Shown here one piece after another: positions 46,649 through 59,164 of a DNA stretch of 64,000 nt (its first letter is position 1; every line of letters starts with the position of its first letter). Source of the DNA: Halocafeteria seosinensis (lineage: Eukaryota); the NCBI GenBank assembly GCA_001687465.1, contig LVLI01000234.1:1-64000 (forward strand). The letters are read 5' to 3'. The notes under the pieces were generated by a model that worked only from the letters and a program-made list of their open reading frames with translations, did not search any database and was not told the origin of the DNA. The position numbers and the translations under genes are program-made.

Positions 46649-49600
46649 ATGTCCTCCAACTCACATTCCTCGGCATTTGTCCCGCTGGGTCAAGATCAAT
46701 TAAAGGCTTTCCAATGGACAAGAGAAAGACAGAGGGAAGAGGAAAGCTATGCACCTTTCCCAAGGCGTCTGAAGGAAGCGTTAACGTCCTCTTCCAAGCA
46801 CAAAGAGCTTGATGATGATACCAAGAAGACAATGGTGTACTGTATACAAGTGCAATCATCCCATGTGCGCCTCCCCAAACGCATGCGCTTGTCTCAGGGA
46901 GCCTCGAAGAGGAAATCGGAGGGGAGTTCAACGTCAACGGTGGAGCCTCGACTACAGTATAGGTTTACTTTTTTCGATTCCAAGACGCGTTCTTTCTTCG
47001 GCAACACTTACAAGACGCCTCTGATGAATCTGGAACAGGCGGAAGGGTTCAAGGACCTGCGAACCTGCACTCGCCCACGGCCTATCTATTTCCACTCTGG
47101 TTCCACCCAGTTGGATAAAAACTGCGGTCTGGTTATTGAGTTGGTGTTGGTACACACGATTAAGGATGGTGAAGATAATACGAAACGAAAACGAAATAAA
47201 GAACAGTACGGAGACGCTTCTACTGATAACGATATCGATGATGCGCACCACCAACTGACTGTCAGTCGCCTTTATCCTGCAGTCAGTCTTGGATGGACCG
47301 TTGTCTCCGTGACAGATCTAATCTCCCATTGTCACGAGCTGACGTCGATGAATGATGACGGTGAGGCCATTGCTGGAACGAAGCAAAACAAACAAGGGAA
47401 GGAGATGCAGCTACAGCAGCTGCGAGGTAGTCCACGGGCACTGTTGCACTCCACGAAGCAGCCCTCCCTCAGCGTATACACTGGTGACCATCGGAGTTTG
47501 CTTTCAGTGAAGCACTGGAATAGTGCTCCCAAAGACTGCACTCTGACTCTTGTTGCCTGGAGGTTACCAAACCTATTCCCTTTAAGTTTATGCATTGCCA
47601 CACAACAAATTGTGGGGCCAGAAACACGTATACCAGGTTTGGAGAAGCTCGAAAATGGCAAAGAAATTATTGGTGTCAACTCTGATCCCTCGCGTCCGCG
47701 TACAGAGTGCCAGCTCCAGAAGAGACTTATTCTCAAGTTTTCAAGACCAACGGTCAGATTATGCAAGGGTTACGAGAGTAGTCTATTGGACTTCCTGGGG
47801 CGCTGGGCTGACCAGCAAACAGGAAAACCTTTGAAAGAAAAAAGCTCTGTGGAGGCCTCAATCGGAAGAAGAGACCTTTTTATTTGCATACATAATACAT
47901 GCAAAGTGCAAGAAAGTACAGTGTTGCCCCTCGATGTGGCAAATTCAAAGCGGTCGGACTCGGAGTTGTTGCAGGCCCAGCAGGAATTCTATCTGGAATC
48001 GTATCGAATAAACCCATGCGTATCCATTTGCATATATCTAATTGTGCGAGTGGACTTTTCTGAGGTAGTAGCCACAGCAACACACGATGCTCATGAGATA
48101 TTGAAGCAGGATGAAACGAGCGCATTATCCCAGTATTTGCGAAAAGTGGATGACACTGAGTTTGATGGGAGCACGTCCAAGTATATGTGTCTTGCATCGA
48201 GTGTGTTCTTTCCTTCAGATGGTGAACATGTAAGACTATCCAACCGAGATGACGGACAGTGGAAGTATGTACCCGATGCTTCTCTAGAGATTCCTTTGTG
48301 CGTGCCTGAAAACGATGCCAGATTGCCAGAGAAGGTCTTCTTACCAGGCACCAGTTTATGCGATAGCTGTATTCTTCAGGGTCCTCTCTTGCGAAAGTCG
48401 TTTGGTAGGGGAAACATTGTATTCGGTTGTGAGCTAGACCCAGATTCAGTTGCTCGATCTTCCGCTATCGGTGGTACAGTATCTAACACCAGGGGGACGA
48501 AAGCGGAAGGGCTAGATAAGCGACAGAGAGTCCCTGGGGGAGATAAAGTTTCTTCGTCTGAGACGATGCAGAGACGGCGAACAGGGGCACAAACAACGCC
48601 TCAGGGGCGTGCAGACAAAAAAGAGTTTGAAACGGTATCTCCACCGAAACAAGATGCAGATGAAACTGAAGAAGAAGCGGTAGAGACTCATAGCATGAAA
48701 TCTTACGACTCAACAGGAGAGGGTGCAGCAGAAGATGCTGACTATTCATCTGAAGGATCATTGGAATTTAGTGAAAGCTACGAAGATGTCTACGCTTCCG
48801 GCGATAAGTCTAAAGGTAGTAAAGGTCTTTCAACTGAACTATTAAGTCGAACGTTTCAATTGCCAGTTGTGTCGGAAGAGGGCTTTGCTGAATCGGAAAC
48901 CCCGAGTGAAAAAAGACTTCTAACACTATCATCGGAAGAAAGCACCCATCCAGCCGCATTGGAAGACAAGGCAGAAACGACAAGTCACGAAGGCCGCTCT
49001 ATAGGAGTATCTAAAGGGCAAGCGATATCCTCCAGAGCAGGCTTGGGACTCCCGTACGAGGGCCATGAGCAATTTCGTCCCCTTGGTGGTTTCGTCTCCC
49101 GGGCTGCTCGGACGCGTATTGGACGCTACGGGTTCAATGACGTTTTAGATGCAATGCACGATATCCCTGCTGCCCGTCTGACTGGTGATCCACAGAAGGA
49201 TCGGGGTAGTTTGTGGGAACGCCGTTCGAAGGACCGAAAGGACCAGGATCAGTTATCTCGTTTGCATGAGCTTCAATCCAGGATGTGGACCACTCCTTCA
49301 AGTGGGCTTGCTATAAGTTCAGACCACGTGCCAGTCTTGGATGCTTCTCTGGAACTTTCAGACCCACGGCAGCGTATGGAGTTGTGCTTTGAGTTCTGCT
49401 CCGTGGTTCCCAGCCCCTCCTCCCGACTGAAGAATACTCCTCCGAGCGTGCTCTCATTTTCTTTCTCATTTTACACACTTCAAGGCGTCAAAAGCTCTAC
49501 TTTGCACTGTTTGAGGGACACAGAGAACATGGACGAAGTGGCTTATGTTCTCAAAATAGGACATGGTTCATCAGAGAAACCTCAGGCTACCAGCGTGGAA

Positions 49601-52600
49601 GTTTCACAATCACAACAGCTAAGGTTTACTGTAGAGGTCGATATGGGGCATCACTCAGAGTCTTCAAAGCGTTCCTTCATTCGATACTTGATGTTCCATG
49701 CTATGCAAGTAGAAGTGTGGGATGCAGAGTCTCTGATGCCCGTTGGTAATGCGTTTGTCCCTTTATACAATTTCCTCCGTCAACAGAAGAAGCAGGTAGT
49801 TGTCGCCAGAGAATTTGACATAGTTCGTACAAACTCTCTTGCAGGTCAAGATTATGCATCCCCTGGAGAAGCGGTTGCAAGATATGGTCTCTACAACACC
49901 TCGGATAAACTTTTTGCCTCTCCCATGAATGTTACGGTGGAAGGGAGACTACAGATGATTCTCGCTAGCGTAGGAAAGCACACAAAAAATAAAAAGCAGC
50001 AAAGTGCTAACGGTGAGATGGTTCAGCCCGGAGGGTTCTTAATGAGCTCTTCGGGGGAGATGGTTTCTAGGGACCTTGGTGACCTACGGAGGAAGCGGGT
50101 AGTCTCCAACGCTCGTCCAGTAAGTACGGAGCGAGACAATGTTCTAGATATGGTTCACGCACGCGGAGCCGGAAAGACCTCACCAAAGCGAGGGAGTAGC
50201 AAAGTACTGGTTAGGGCGAATAAACGAGAGGGCAGCGGCAGTCTTGCCCGTGCCCAACAGAAGAACGTAGGGCTCAATGGGAAATACGCCGCACGGGAGG
50301 ATGTCATTAGCTATGAAGAAATACAAAGCCTCAGAAGTGTATTCGGGGAAAACACGCTATCCATCGATCATTTTGTGTATTTTGTTACCGGGGTTGATAC
50401 CCTTAAAAACGAAAAAAAGACTTTGGAAGAAACAAGTAAACGATTGCCTTCGACGAGCGATGATGACTCTCTTGAAGGCAGGATTTATGATGCGTTTTGT
50501 GCCCATTTAGACCGCTTAAGAACCAAGGAAAAATTGGATGCTAATGATCCCTCTGTCGCGATCGGAGATGATGCAGGTGATAGAGGATCCTTGGTATTTC
50601 AAGCGTTTGAAGATGCGGAGGAGTATGTCCGCAAGAAGCAGAGGGTGGCGCAAGAATACAAGGACGAAAAACCATACCATCGGCGAAAACAAAAAGATAC
50701 AAGTTCCAGTGATTCAGATGAATCGGACTATCTTAGTGACGAGAATAATCCGGAGATTGATTTCAAGAGGGAACACTCTCTCCTAACAAGCGGAGAAACC
50801 CACGTTCCGCTCGAAAAAGGCGAGCTAACCCTCGGACGCTTACGTTACGTCTTCACGAAGAGCTTAAAGCTCAAGCTAACTGAGGACGAGTGGAAGCTGC
50901 TCATTGAGCGCTATGCGAAGAAGAAATCGCGACGGAAAGCAAAAGGAGCTGCCAAGAATAAGAGTGAACTGCTTGTTGTCGACTACAAAAGCGTTCTCAA
51001 TGATATTTTGGATTCCGCCGCATCAAGACAAAAAGAGCGAAGACTGCGCAACGCTTTCGCACGCCAGTATCCCGCGGACATAACCAACTCGACTGGAGAA
51101 TACCCTTCTCTAATGATCACACGTGGAAAATTCTTGCGCAGTTTGTCAGAGCATGGAAGGGGCCACGCTGTCTCTGCAGCTTATTTCTTGCGAGCCGTGA
51201 TGCGGACAGTGGATTGGAAGGGGAGTTCCGAAATAGAATGGAGACATCTCGCGATGGTTTGCCAAGAATACCTAAACTTACACTTTGAACTAGAAGAAGG
51301 AAAAGTTGGAATAAGCCGCTCATCTATAGAGCAGCCTCTATTTGACAAAAACGCCACGCAAGACAAACCATCTGAGGGCTATAGGCGGACGAATTTTGAC
51401 GCTGATGTTGCCGAAAACCAATGGATGAACAGTCAAAACTCCATCACCGTACCGAACGAGGTTCTTGATTTTTATCGGGAAGCCCACAAGAGAGATAGCA
51501 TTCGTCGGATGTTGCATAGCCAACTGACAACTGAGTATCCAATATCGTGTCGACTCGGTGAGATATCGTTCTTCGAACATACTGTTATTAACCCTCTGCC
51601 TCATGACGATCGGGTACAAGTTACCGTCGACGATCCCTTCGGCGAATTGAGATTGGTGAGTAATCCCTCCCAATGGCAATACTTGCTCGATCACCTCACT
51701 CCCCAAAGTCCGGATAAAGGATTAGAATATCTGAAGCACAACTATCCTTCCGCGGTTGGATCCCAAAGGTCTCTCAGACAGCCATTTACTCCCGAAGGGG
51801 AACTGATGCTTCGCCCAGGGGAAGCAATCACCTTGCCCTTTATTTTCATCTCGTTTGCTGACGGAGGTGTCACTGCGGGCGGTGCTCCAATTACTGCTTC
51901 AGAGCCTCGTGTCACACTTAAGACAACTCAAGGAGTCGAATTTGAATCTGTAAAGGAGCTCCGCCACTCCTCCCCGCCGAGCTCTAGCACCAGCCAGGTT
52001 ATTAAAGAGTCAGCAACATCTGCGAGGCAAGGTTCGGAAGCTTTAGTTCCATATGGAAATGAGGAAACCTTGACCAGCAGAGAAGAACAAGTCCTCTCGA
52101 TGGAGAGCAGAACTATCCGGCGCAGGGAATTAGCCCCTCGGGAAGTAGTTGTGACTGTTTCTAGCGCTACCCATTCTAGAGCGTTCGCGCGGATATCTGT
52201 ATCGACAAAGCCAGAATTATCTACTTCCCACAAGACATTGCGTTACTTTTGCCCAGAGGGTGAGTACTTGACCGCAAACATTGCCGTACCTGAAGGTAGC
52301 CCTGGATTGTCGGCCCTGAAGGGTTCCGAATTAACCTCCAGAGTGTCCCAAATTTCCAATCGTGTTTCCGACCGGAACGTCGACGCCAACACCCAACCAC
52401 TCGCTACCGACACTGGTGTTCGTGAAAAGTACATGCACTGTGCCGACAGCAATGTTGTGCTGCGAGCAAAGGAAGTAGGCTACACCCGTCAAATGCAATT
52501 TCAATATCGCGTCGGAACGTTTCCTTCCATAGAAGAGTTCTATATTTTTGTTTATAGGGACCCCCATTGCTGCGAGCTACTAGAGCGATGGAGAGTGATT

Positions 52601-53341
52601 GTTCATCCCCTGAAGAAATATTCGATACAAACGTTTTCGGGGCAAGCTACGTTTGCGGAAGTGGGAGTTCCTGGAGACGTTAAGTCACGTGCAGTTCGTC
52701 TGTACAGCTCTTCACCAGACGAGTTCTATTGCTTGGGCAACAGAGATGTAGCTTTGGTTCCTAATAAATATAGCAAAGTGAAGCTTCGCTACGAACCTGT
52801 ACAGCCTGGAACGCGAAGATTCCTCTTAAATGTGATTGGTACGTTTGCAGTTTTATTGAGCTACCCCGTCCTCTTCACTGCTCAAGTTTCACCTCGTGTC
52901 TGCAGATATTGACACACAGGAGCTTATATCCGCTTGGCATGTGACTGCGGAGGCCTCGATGCCACCCATTACCAAGAGATATCATGTTATCCTGCCATCT
53001 GCTCGCGAAAGCTTGAAACGCATCCCCTACTTTAACCCGTGGAAGGATATGCGGCGGTTCCTGTTGAAATGCAGTAATCCGGCAGCTGTTCACCTTCGAG
53101 AGACGGAAATATCCCTTGCAGTAAGTGCTCCCAATTGTGACTCGTCGTCTTCCCATTTAGTACAATGTCCTGGGTAATTCTACAGGCTCATCAAACCGGG
53201 TACATTCGGCTTCAATTTAAGAAGCGGTGGGGTGTTTCTACTGAGACAGCGCTAATCTATGTCAATGATGAAGACGATAACAATGTCGAAGTCTTACAAA
53301 TCAATATCCAGTATACTCAGCTGGATGCTGTCGTGCGTTAG
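46649..53341 (+). CDS. NPHP4: Nephrocystin-4 (ciliary transition-zone protein)
   Basis: Exons 46649-52838, 52906-53120, 53186-53341. NPHP4-like segments YRFTFFD...FFGNTY, IYFHS, LVIELV, GSPRALL, MQVEVWDAESL, FFEHTVINP, IPYFNPW and C-terminal LIYVNDEDDNNVEVLQINIQY. Confidence 0.88.
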
Positions 53342-53659
53342 GAACTTAATTGTATTCCACATACAGTGTAATGCCTACATTCCAAATCGTCCATATCTGC
53401 ACGAGATTCTGTAGCTTCGCCATTTCTTCTGCTTGGGGCACACAAGCTATGGCAAATACGCAGCAGTATCACTGCGTACGTACGTACATGGCCTGACATG
53501 TTTTCCTCGATACACCTAAAACTCGTCCCAACCATGCACACCGGGGCGAACATCTCGTCGGGCACGTAGAACATCGCCAACGCGACCGCGCCGCCGTATG
53601 GGTTTCGATGCGTTCGTCTATCGCGCCGAGGTCGTCCTCGACCCCGTACAATACATGAC

Positions 53660-53665
53660 AAAAAA
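53660..53665 (-). terminator. RNA polymerase III oligo-T terminator of tRNA-Sec
   Basis: T6 run on the minus strand 13 nt downstream of the discriminator base. Confidence 0.75.
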
Positions 53666-53678
53666 TATTAGAATGTAA

Positions 53679-53765
53679 CGCGGGTGAGGGGGAATCGAAC
53701 CCCTGCGACTCTCGTCGCATACGGATTTGAAGTCCGCAACCCGGACCACCGAGTATCACTCCCGC
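53679..53765 (-). tRNA. Selenocysteine tRNA, tRNA-Sec (anticodon UCA)
   Basis: Minus strand reads GCGGGAGTGATACTCGGTGGTCCGGGTTGCGGACTTCAAATCCGTATGCGACGAGAGTCGCAGGGGTTCGATTCCCCCTCACCCGCG (87 nt). It folds as the eukaryotic 9/4 type, with a 6-bp D-stem and TGGT loop, CT-TCA-AA anticodon loop (53728-53730), long variable arm TGCGAC-GAGA-GTCGCA and G73 discriminator. Confidence 0.96.
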
Positions 53766-54462
53766 ACTCTGGTGCGGAAAATGATACAATAATTTGCTAC
53801 CTATAGTAAAAAACCAGTGGTATCGTTTGTCATTCCTAATCAACTACTCCCCAACATTGCTGGGCGCATGCACTGTGTATCGGTATAAGGCAATTTTTTG
53901 ACATCACCTCGTCTACTGAGCTCTTTAATAAACCGAGACTCTCGCCACAAACAGTCGCAACAGAAGTCAATCATGGTGTAGTGTCGGAGTTCATGTCCCC
54001 AAAACCCAGAGCACACGAATAGCTTTTCGAACGCTCCAGGACGCGGAAAGCTTCCAGTGGGAAGCTAGGTCACATTCAATGTTGTCACTGACAACTTGTC
54101 AGTCCGAACTTCGAAGCCAGCCCGGACCGGGCTGTTGTCCCGGCGGGGTATTGAACTTCCTTCATGCAGGGACACCAGACCATACTGTACCCTGCATGAT
54201 TCATATAGTTGTTGCCGTGAACATTTCATTGCATTTCCACATTCATTTCTGGGGAAAAAAAAAAGAGACAAAACTTCTCGTTGCTGGCTGCCCCAGTAAA
54301 AAGAGGGGTGCACAGACCAAGAAAGTGACCTGAAGTGGGAGAGACTTTTCTTGCTGGCGAACGCAGCATCCATAATTCTACTTGTCAGAGAATCGTGCAT
54401 TCTTGGTGTCCAGCGCCTGTTTGGTTTCAATTTCGGCCCTAAGCCAGAGCAGGTAAGACACA

Positions 54463-55650
54463 ATGGATCCCATTGCTCAAGCCCGACGGGAGGCTGAAGA
54501 GAAGCGAAAACAGCGCGAGGAAGAGCTATCAACCAAACTGGGCTCGCCACCAGCATCTAGAGGACCGGCGTCATCTTCATCTCATCGTCGGAACCCCCCT
54601 GCTACAAGAGGATCATCTTCCTCTAAAAGCACGAACAGATTCGGACGGACCCCGGAGGAGGACTACGACCGCGATGACATAATCGAAGAACCTGTTAATC
54701 CATCAGGGACTCCTGCACCGGCAACACGGCGGAGACGCGTTCCTCCACAACAAGATATCCCAAGGTATGTCGATGGACTCTGTCATCCTGTAAATCGCTA
54801 GCTCAGAGGTTATGCCGGTTATGTTGTTTCTTCGGAGATGCAGGGCACCTCAAACTGAGGGGCGCTCAGACGCGAAGACGACACAAAATACGAGTGAAAG
54901 AACCATCCCAGATAAGCAGAAGAATAAAGGGGGTAGTGGTACTTCCGCTACATGGCCGTTTCTTCTTGCTATGGTTCTTGCGTCTGGTGGCCTACTCACG
55001 TATGTTGCTGTTTCCAGGTTTTCAACACAACCAAGTGTAAGTGGTAATTCTCGCACTCGGAAAAAGCAAGCATTATATTTTTTGTATTTATGCAGCATGG
55101 TGGACTGACGCTAAGTGGTGATGACAGCAAGTACATTGGACATGAACACATCATTAAGGATGGGGCGCAATTCGTCATTGACTCGCTTCAGCAACTGCGT
55201 GCCCATGAGAACTGCAGTGAATTGATGTTCTTCACCGACGAACCACAACAATTGAGTGAGGACCAGAACCTGGAGCTACACAAGAAACTTAGGGGCATTC
55301 CGATGGAGGAGTTAAAACCCATTTTGTCTCGCCGTGCTCGCTTGCTTTATCCTGATGAAATGTCGAACAAAGCCGAACGAGAAACTATCATGAAGTACAC
55401 GATGGACACCATAAAGGCAAGCAATCAAGTCAAAAAAATGGAGTGGTCGAATGGTGCTGAAACCGGAAGACAGTGGAATGGGGATTCAGAGGAGCATTTG
55501 CTGCTCAAGTATAACTCCTCTTACGAAGCTCGCTCCGTTGGATGCCGGACTGAGTCCTGGCTACGACACAGTCCTTGGGCGTCTGTCTTTGTTGGTAGTG
55601 CGTTCCTCATAATAGGTTCCATCACTGTCCTTTTATTTGTTCTGCAGTAA
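54463..55650 (+). CDS. Two-TM membrane protein, Man1/Src1 (LEM2/Heh)-like luminal domain, paralogue 1
   Basis: Exons 54463-54764, 54844-55036, 55096-55650. Basic disordered N-terminus, TM1 (WPFLLAMVLASGGLLTYVAV), luminal region with LQQLRAHENCSEL and ARSVGCRTESWL, TM2 at the very C-terminus. Confidence 0.7.
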
Positions 55651-56084
55651 AGCTGGCAGCACCTTCCTATCCTCGAGAATACAATCTGTACTAAACTGAT
55701 GAAAAATCAACGATAAAGCTTTCATTGTTGTACTCATCATTAACTTTCACTGGGGTAGACTCAGTGAGCATCCAGTTTTACGATATGACCCAATACGTGA
55801 AGCTCCCCAAGTTTCATTGTTTCTGATCCTTCCAATGTTAATCCTGTACTGAGAACAGACACTGACTTGATCATACAGTTGTTTGTATGCGACACGGGTT
55901 ACATGTTACCCCTGTATTCAGGTTTTTCACTACAAACCTTACTTCGCATCTCAAGAGTTTTCTTCACAAGGCGTTAACTTCTTACGCGTAGAAGCGATGT
56001 ATTGCCTTGGTTTGTTCCCGTCGAATTCCTCGACATTTTAAGCTAAATCGTGCGTGGTGTATTGACAGATTTAGGTAGCTTAGG

Positions 56085-57481
56085 ATGAACAGCGCCATCG
56101 ACCGAGTCCTGCAAAACACCAAACGGCACCACCAGCAGGACGTGGAGCGAGGATATTTGAAACGAGGTGCACAGAAAGCCAAAGCAGCCACACCCAAGAC
56201 GAAGACCAAGAGGACGAAGAAGAGTTCCACTCCTCCTAGGTCGAACAATTCACGTGGACAAAGGACGACAAGGACGGGGGGACGAAGCAGAAGCATTGGA
56301 AAATATGGCCGGGCGCCTGTGGAGGATTACGACAAAGACGACGAGATACCACCCGAGTTCCTACAAGACCAAGACGCTGACGTCCAACCAAGGGGAAGTC
56401 GACGAGGACACGAGCGAGAGGAGGATAAGTACCGTGAAATCCATGACCTCGATAGTCAGTCGGAAGAATCGCAATCGGACGTTGAGCTGAGTGATGGAGA
56501 CGCATATCTTGCTACGCCTCCCAAATATGAGGCGAAGAAGGAAACCAAAAATGGAGGTACAAGAACCGCACCTGTTGGGATTCGTCGGGACAACTACAGG
56601 CGTCTAAGTGGTAGTCCTGGAGAAAATGGGAAGTGGGGACATCCACTGCCAAAGTAAGCTCCAAAGTAGTGCAGCAATATTTTCCCTGTCTAACTACAAT
56701 GACTCGTGCAATGTACCCACAGCCATAAGCATGGAAAGGAAGAGCAACAGCAGCAACAATCATCGAAAAAATACAACTACATGCTTTGGATCAAGGGAGC
56801 TTTCATCGCTGTCATGACCATCCTGATCATCCAGACGAGGTCATTGGCTGGAAAGCAACAAGTACGTGGTATCACATTGGACCGATTGTTTGAGTATTCA
56901 CCGCTTGTCTTGATCTGTGTGGTTTACAGTATGTACAATTTCAGCTGAGTGGAGATGGAAGCAAGTATATCGAGCACCAATATGTTATTGAAGATGGAGC
57001 CCAATTTGCGGTGGACTCTCTTCAAGAATTGAGAGCTCATGGGAGCTGTAGTGATCTTCTGCTGTTCCCGGACATACCCACAGTCTTGGATGATGATCAA
57101 AAGTGTGAACTCCATAAAAAAGTGCAGGGTATTCCCGCGCAAGAACTACGCCGGTTCATCGCCAGGCGCTTGCATTTGCTATACCCCGAGGAAACATCGA
57201 GCGAGAGAGACCGAGAGCACATTCTAAACTATACGATGAAAACTGTGCGTTCGAGTCCGCAAGTAGAATTGAGAGAGTGGGAAAATGAAGAACCAACTGG
57301 AAGATCGTGGGACGGTAGCTCAGAGGCAACATTGCTTCTGCAATTCAGCAAACACCTGGAAGCACGGTCTTTAGGATGCCAAGCAGAATCTTGGGTCACC
57401 AATAGTGACTGGGCACCTGTCATTGTCACTAGTATGGCGCTTGCTTCTAGCTCCTTGATTGCATTCGTCCTCATGCTGTAG
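56085..57481 (+). CDS. Two-TM membrane protein, Man1/Src1-like luminal domain, paralogue 2
   Basis: Exons 56085-56653, 56723-56861, 56930-57481. The last exon aligns colinearly with paralogue 1 (LSGDGSKYIEHQYVIEDGAQFAVDSLQELRAHGSCSDL...ARSLGCQAESW) and the three-exon layout is the same. Confidence 0.7.
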
Positions 57482-58283
57482 CTAGTGTTGCTGTAAACGA
57501 TTTGTTGCTTGATGCCAATAAGACTTCAGAACCGAAATGTGAATATAGGAACATCGTCCAGAACAACCGGAGACTACGTGCCTCCAACCAAGGGTCCATT
57601 TCAATACGAAGTGCTGTGCTTGCGGAAGGGGCTCATTCGGGAGGATAAGAGCACGTGAGAAAGGCAGGTGTCCCGGCTAACCTTGTGAAAACTCCATACT
57701 CCCTGTGCACAATGAAACTGTTTTACCTCCTGTGACCCCCAACTTGTCGGGTTCCTGCTTTGCACATGCAAAGCTAACTTTCTATGGATTCTCTTTGCTC
57801 GATGTCTTAAATGAGCATTGCAAATCCTTTCGACTTATGCGGAGCCGTGCCAGCCATAAGTCGTCCGGCCTGGCGTGTCCACTTCGTTGTCACACGAAGT
57901 GTACATGTACCAGAGGTCTGTGTAGGCACCTAGACATATAGTTTAGTGTAGCGCATCGACCAATATTACTAACTAACTAACTAACAGGCCAAACGCAAAT
58001 TGGTGCGTAGATAGACTGTCGCCTTTTTGGCGGCGCAGTGAGCCGATTTCCTGCCCCCTTATCCCTCACCAGGGTTAGTCGTCGGGCTTCCGTGGAGTCT
58101 GGATGGATGGCCCCGCATAGGGCTGAATGAGTGCGAACAGTCACTTTGTTGGTCAGATACTTTTGCAAGGGTTCCTTGAGAGCCCAAAGTTTGAGCCACC
58201 CATGGACTACCAAAATCCGGCATGGACTCTGTGAAGACCGGATTGGTAACGGGCTTAGGAATGAGCTAATAGCCTAATGGTCA

Positions 58284-59051
58284 ATGGGGAAAGCTGTGAA
58301 CATATAACAAGGCTACCAGAAGCAGTGATTGTGTACTCAAAAACGAGGCCAAACTCAGAACTCCAGGATTGCGAAAGTTGTGGTGGCAGGTTGTGCTAGA
58401 GTTGCCAACACGAGTCTGGGAATAGGAGATACTGTCGTTTGGTCTATGGTTACCCGCTGAAAACAGTGAGTTGGTGAGTGGGGTGCCGTATTTGCACCAG
58501 TTAAAGACGATATGGTTGGAGAACGCAAGGAGGGAAGGGCAGACCCAGACGTACCAAACATATATATGGTACATTTTTGGATGCGTCGCTCGCAAGAAGA
58601 CGTGTTACATTGGTACCAAGGACAATTAGGGAGCTATGAAACCATGGAAGGGAATCAGAGATTCTTTTGCCGAATGGCTGACCAATTGGAGAACGTTTTA
58701 AAACGGAGGCTGTCGGAATTCAATCGACAACATGAAATCACTCGGCAAGTTCTGTGGGATCGGCAACATACATAATTCGATCGAGTCAGCAGAAAGGTCA
58801 GACCGTATGTGGAATTAACTAGGGAAGAAACGGCTCGTTACCGAGAGATACTCAGCAGAAATAGGAAAGCTATCGCAATGGGTCGGAAGACGGAGTCATT
58901 GCTGGAGCTATACAGTTGGAGCAAAGAGCACACAAAAAGAGGAAAGAACTTGGGCACTGTGGCTACTGCATGTACTCATGATAAAATAAACGCGAGTACA
59001 TACGGACCAGTGCGAACCAAGTTTCATAACGATCACTGCAGCGACCCGTAA
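58284..59051 (+). pseudogene. Possible decayed ORF of unknown family
   Basis: ORFs 58512-58775 and 58809-59051 lie in one frame that extends back to an ATG at 58284, interrupted by five stops (2 TAA, 3 TGA). Confidence 0.35.
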
Positions 59052-59164
59052 TAAGGCTGCAAATCATGCTATGTGGTTCAGCCGCGTAGTTAAAGTATAG
59101 GTAGATCGAGGTGTGTACACCTCGTCCCATGTAGTTAAGTTACATCGGACATAATTTTCACAAT

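Noticed and set aside
54162..54199. Hairpin near tRNA-Sec as a possible SECIS element
   Set aside because: Lacks the AUGA/GA quartet with a correctly spaced apical AA, and no upstream gene has an in-frame UGA.
58110..58145. CTGAATGAG...GAAC resembling a hammerhead ribozyme core
   Set aside because: The core deviates from CUGANGA/GAAA and the flanking stems could not be formed.
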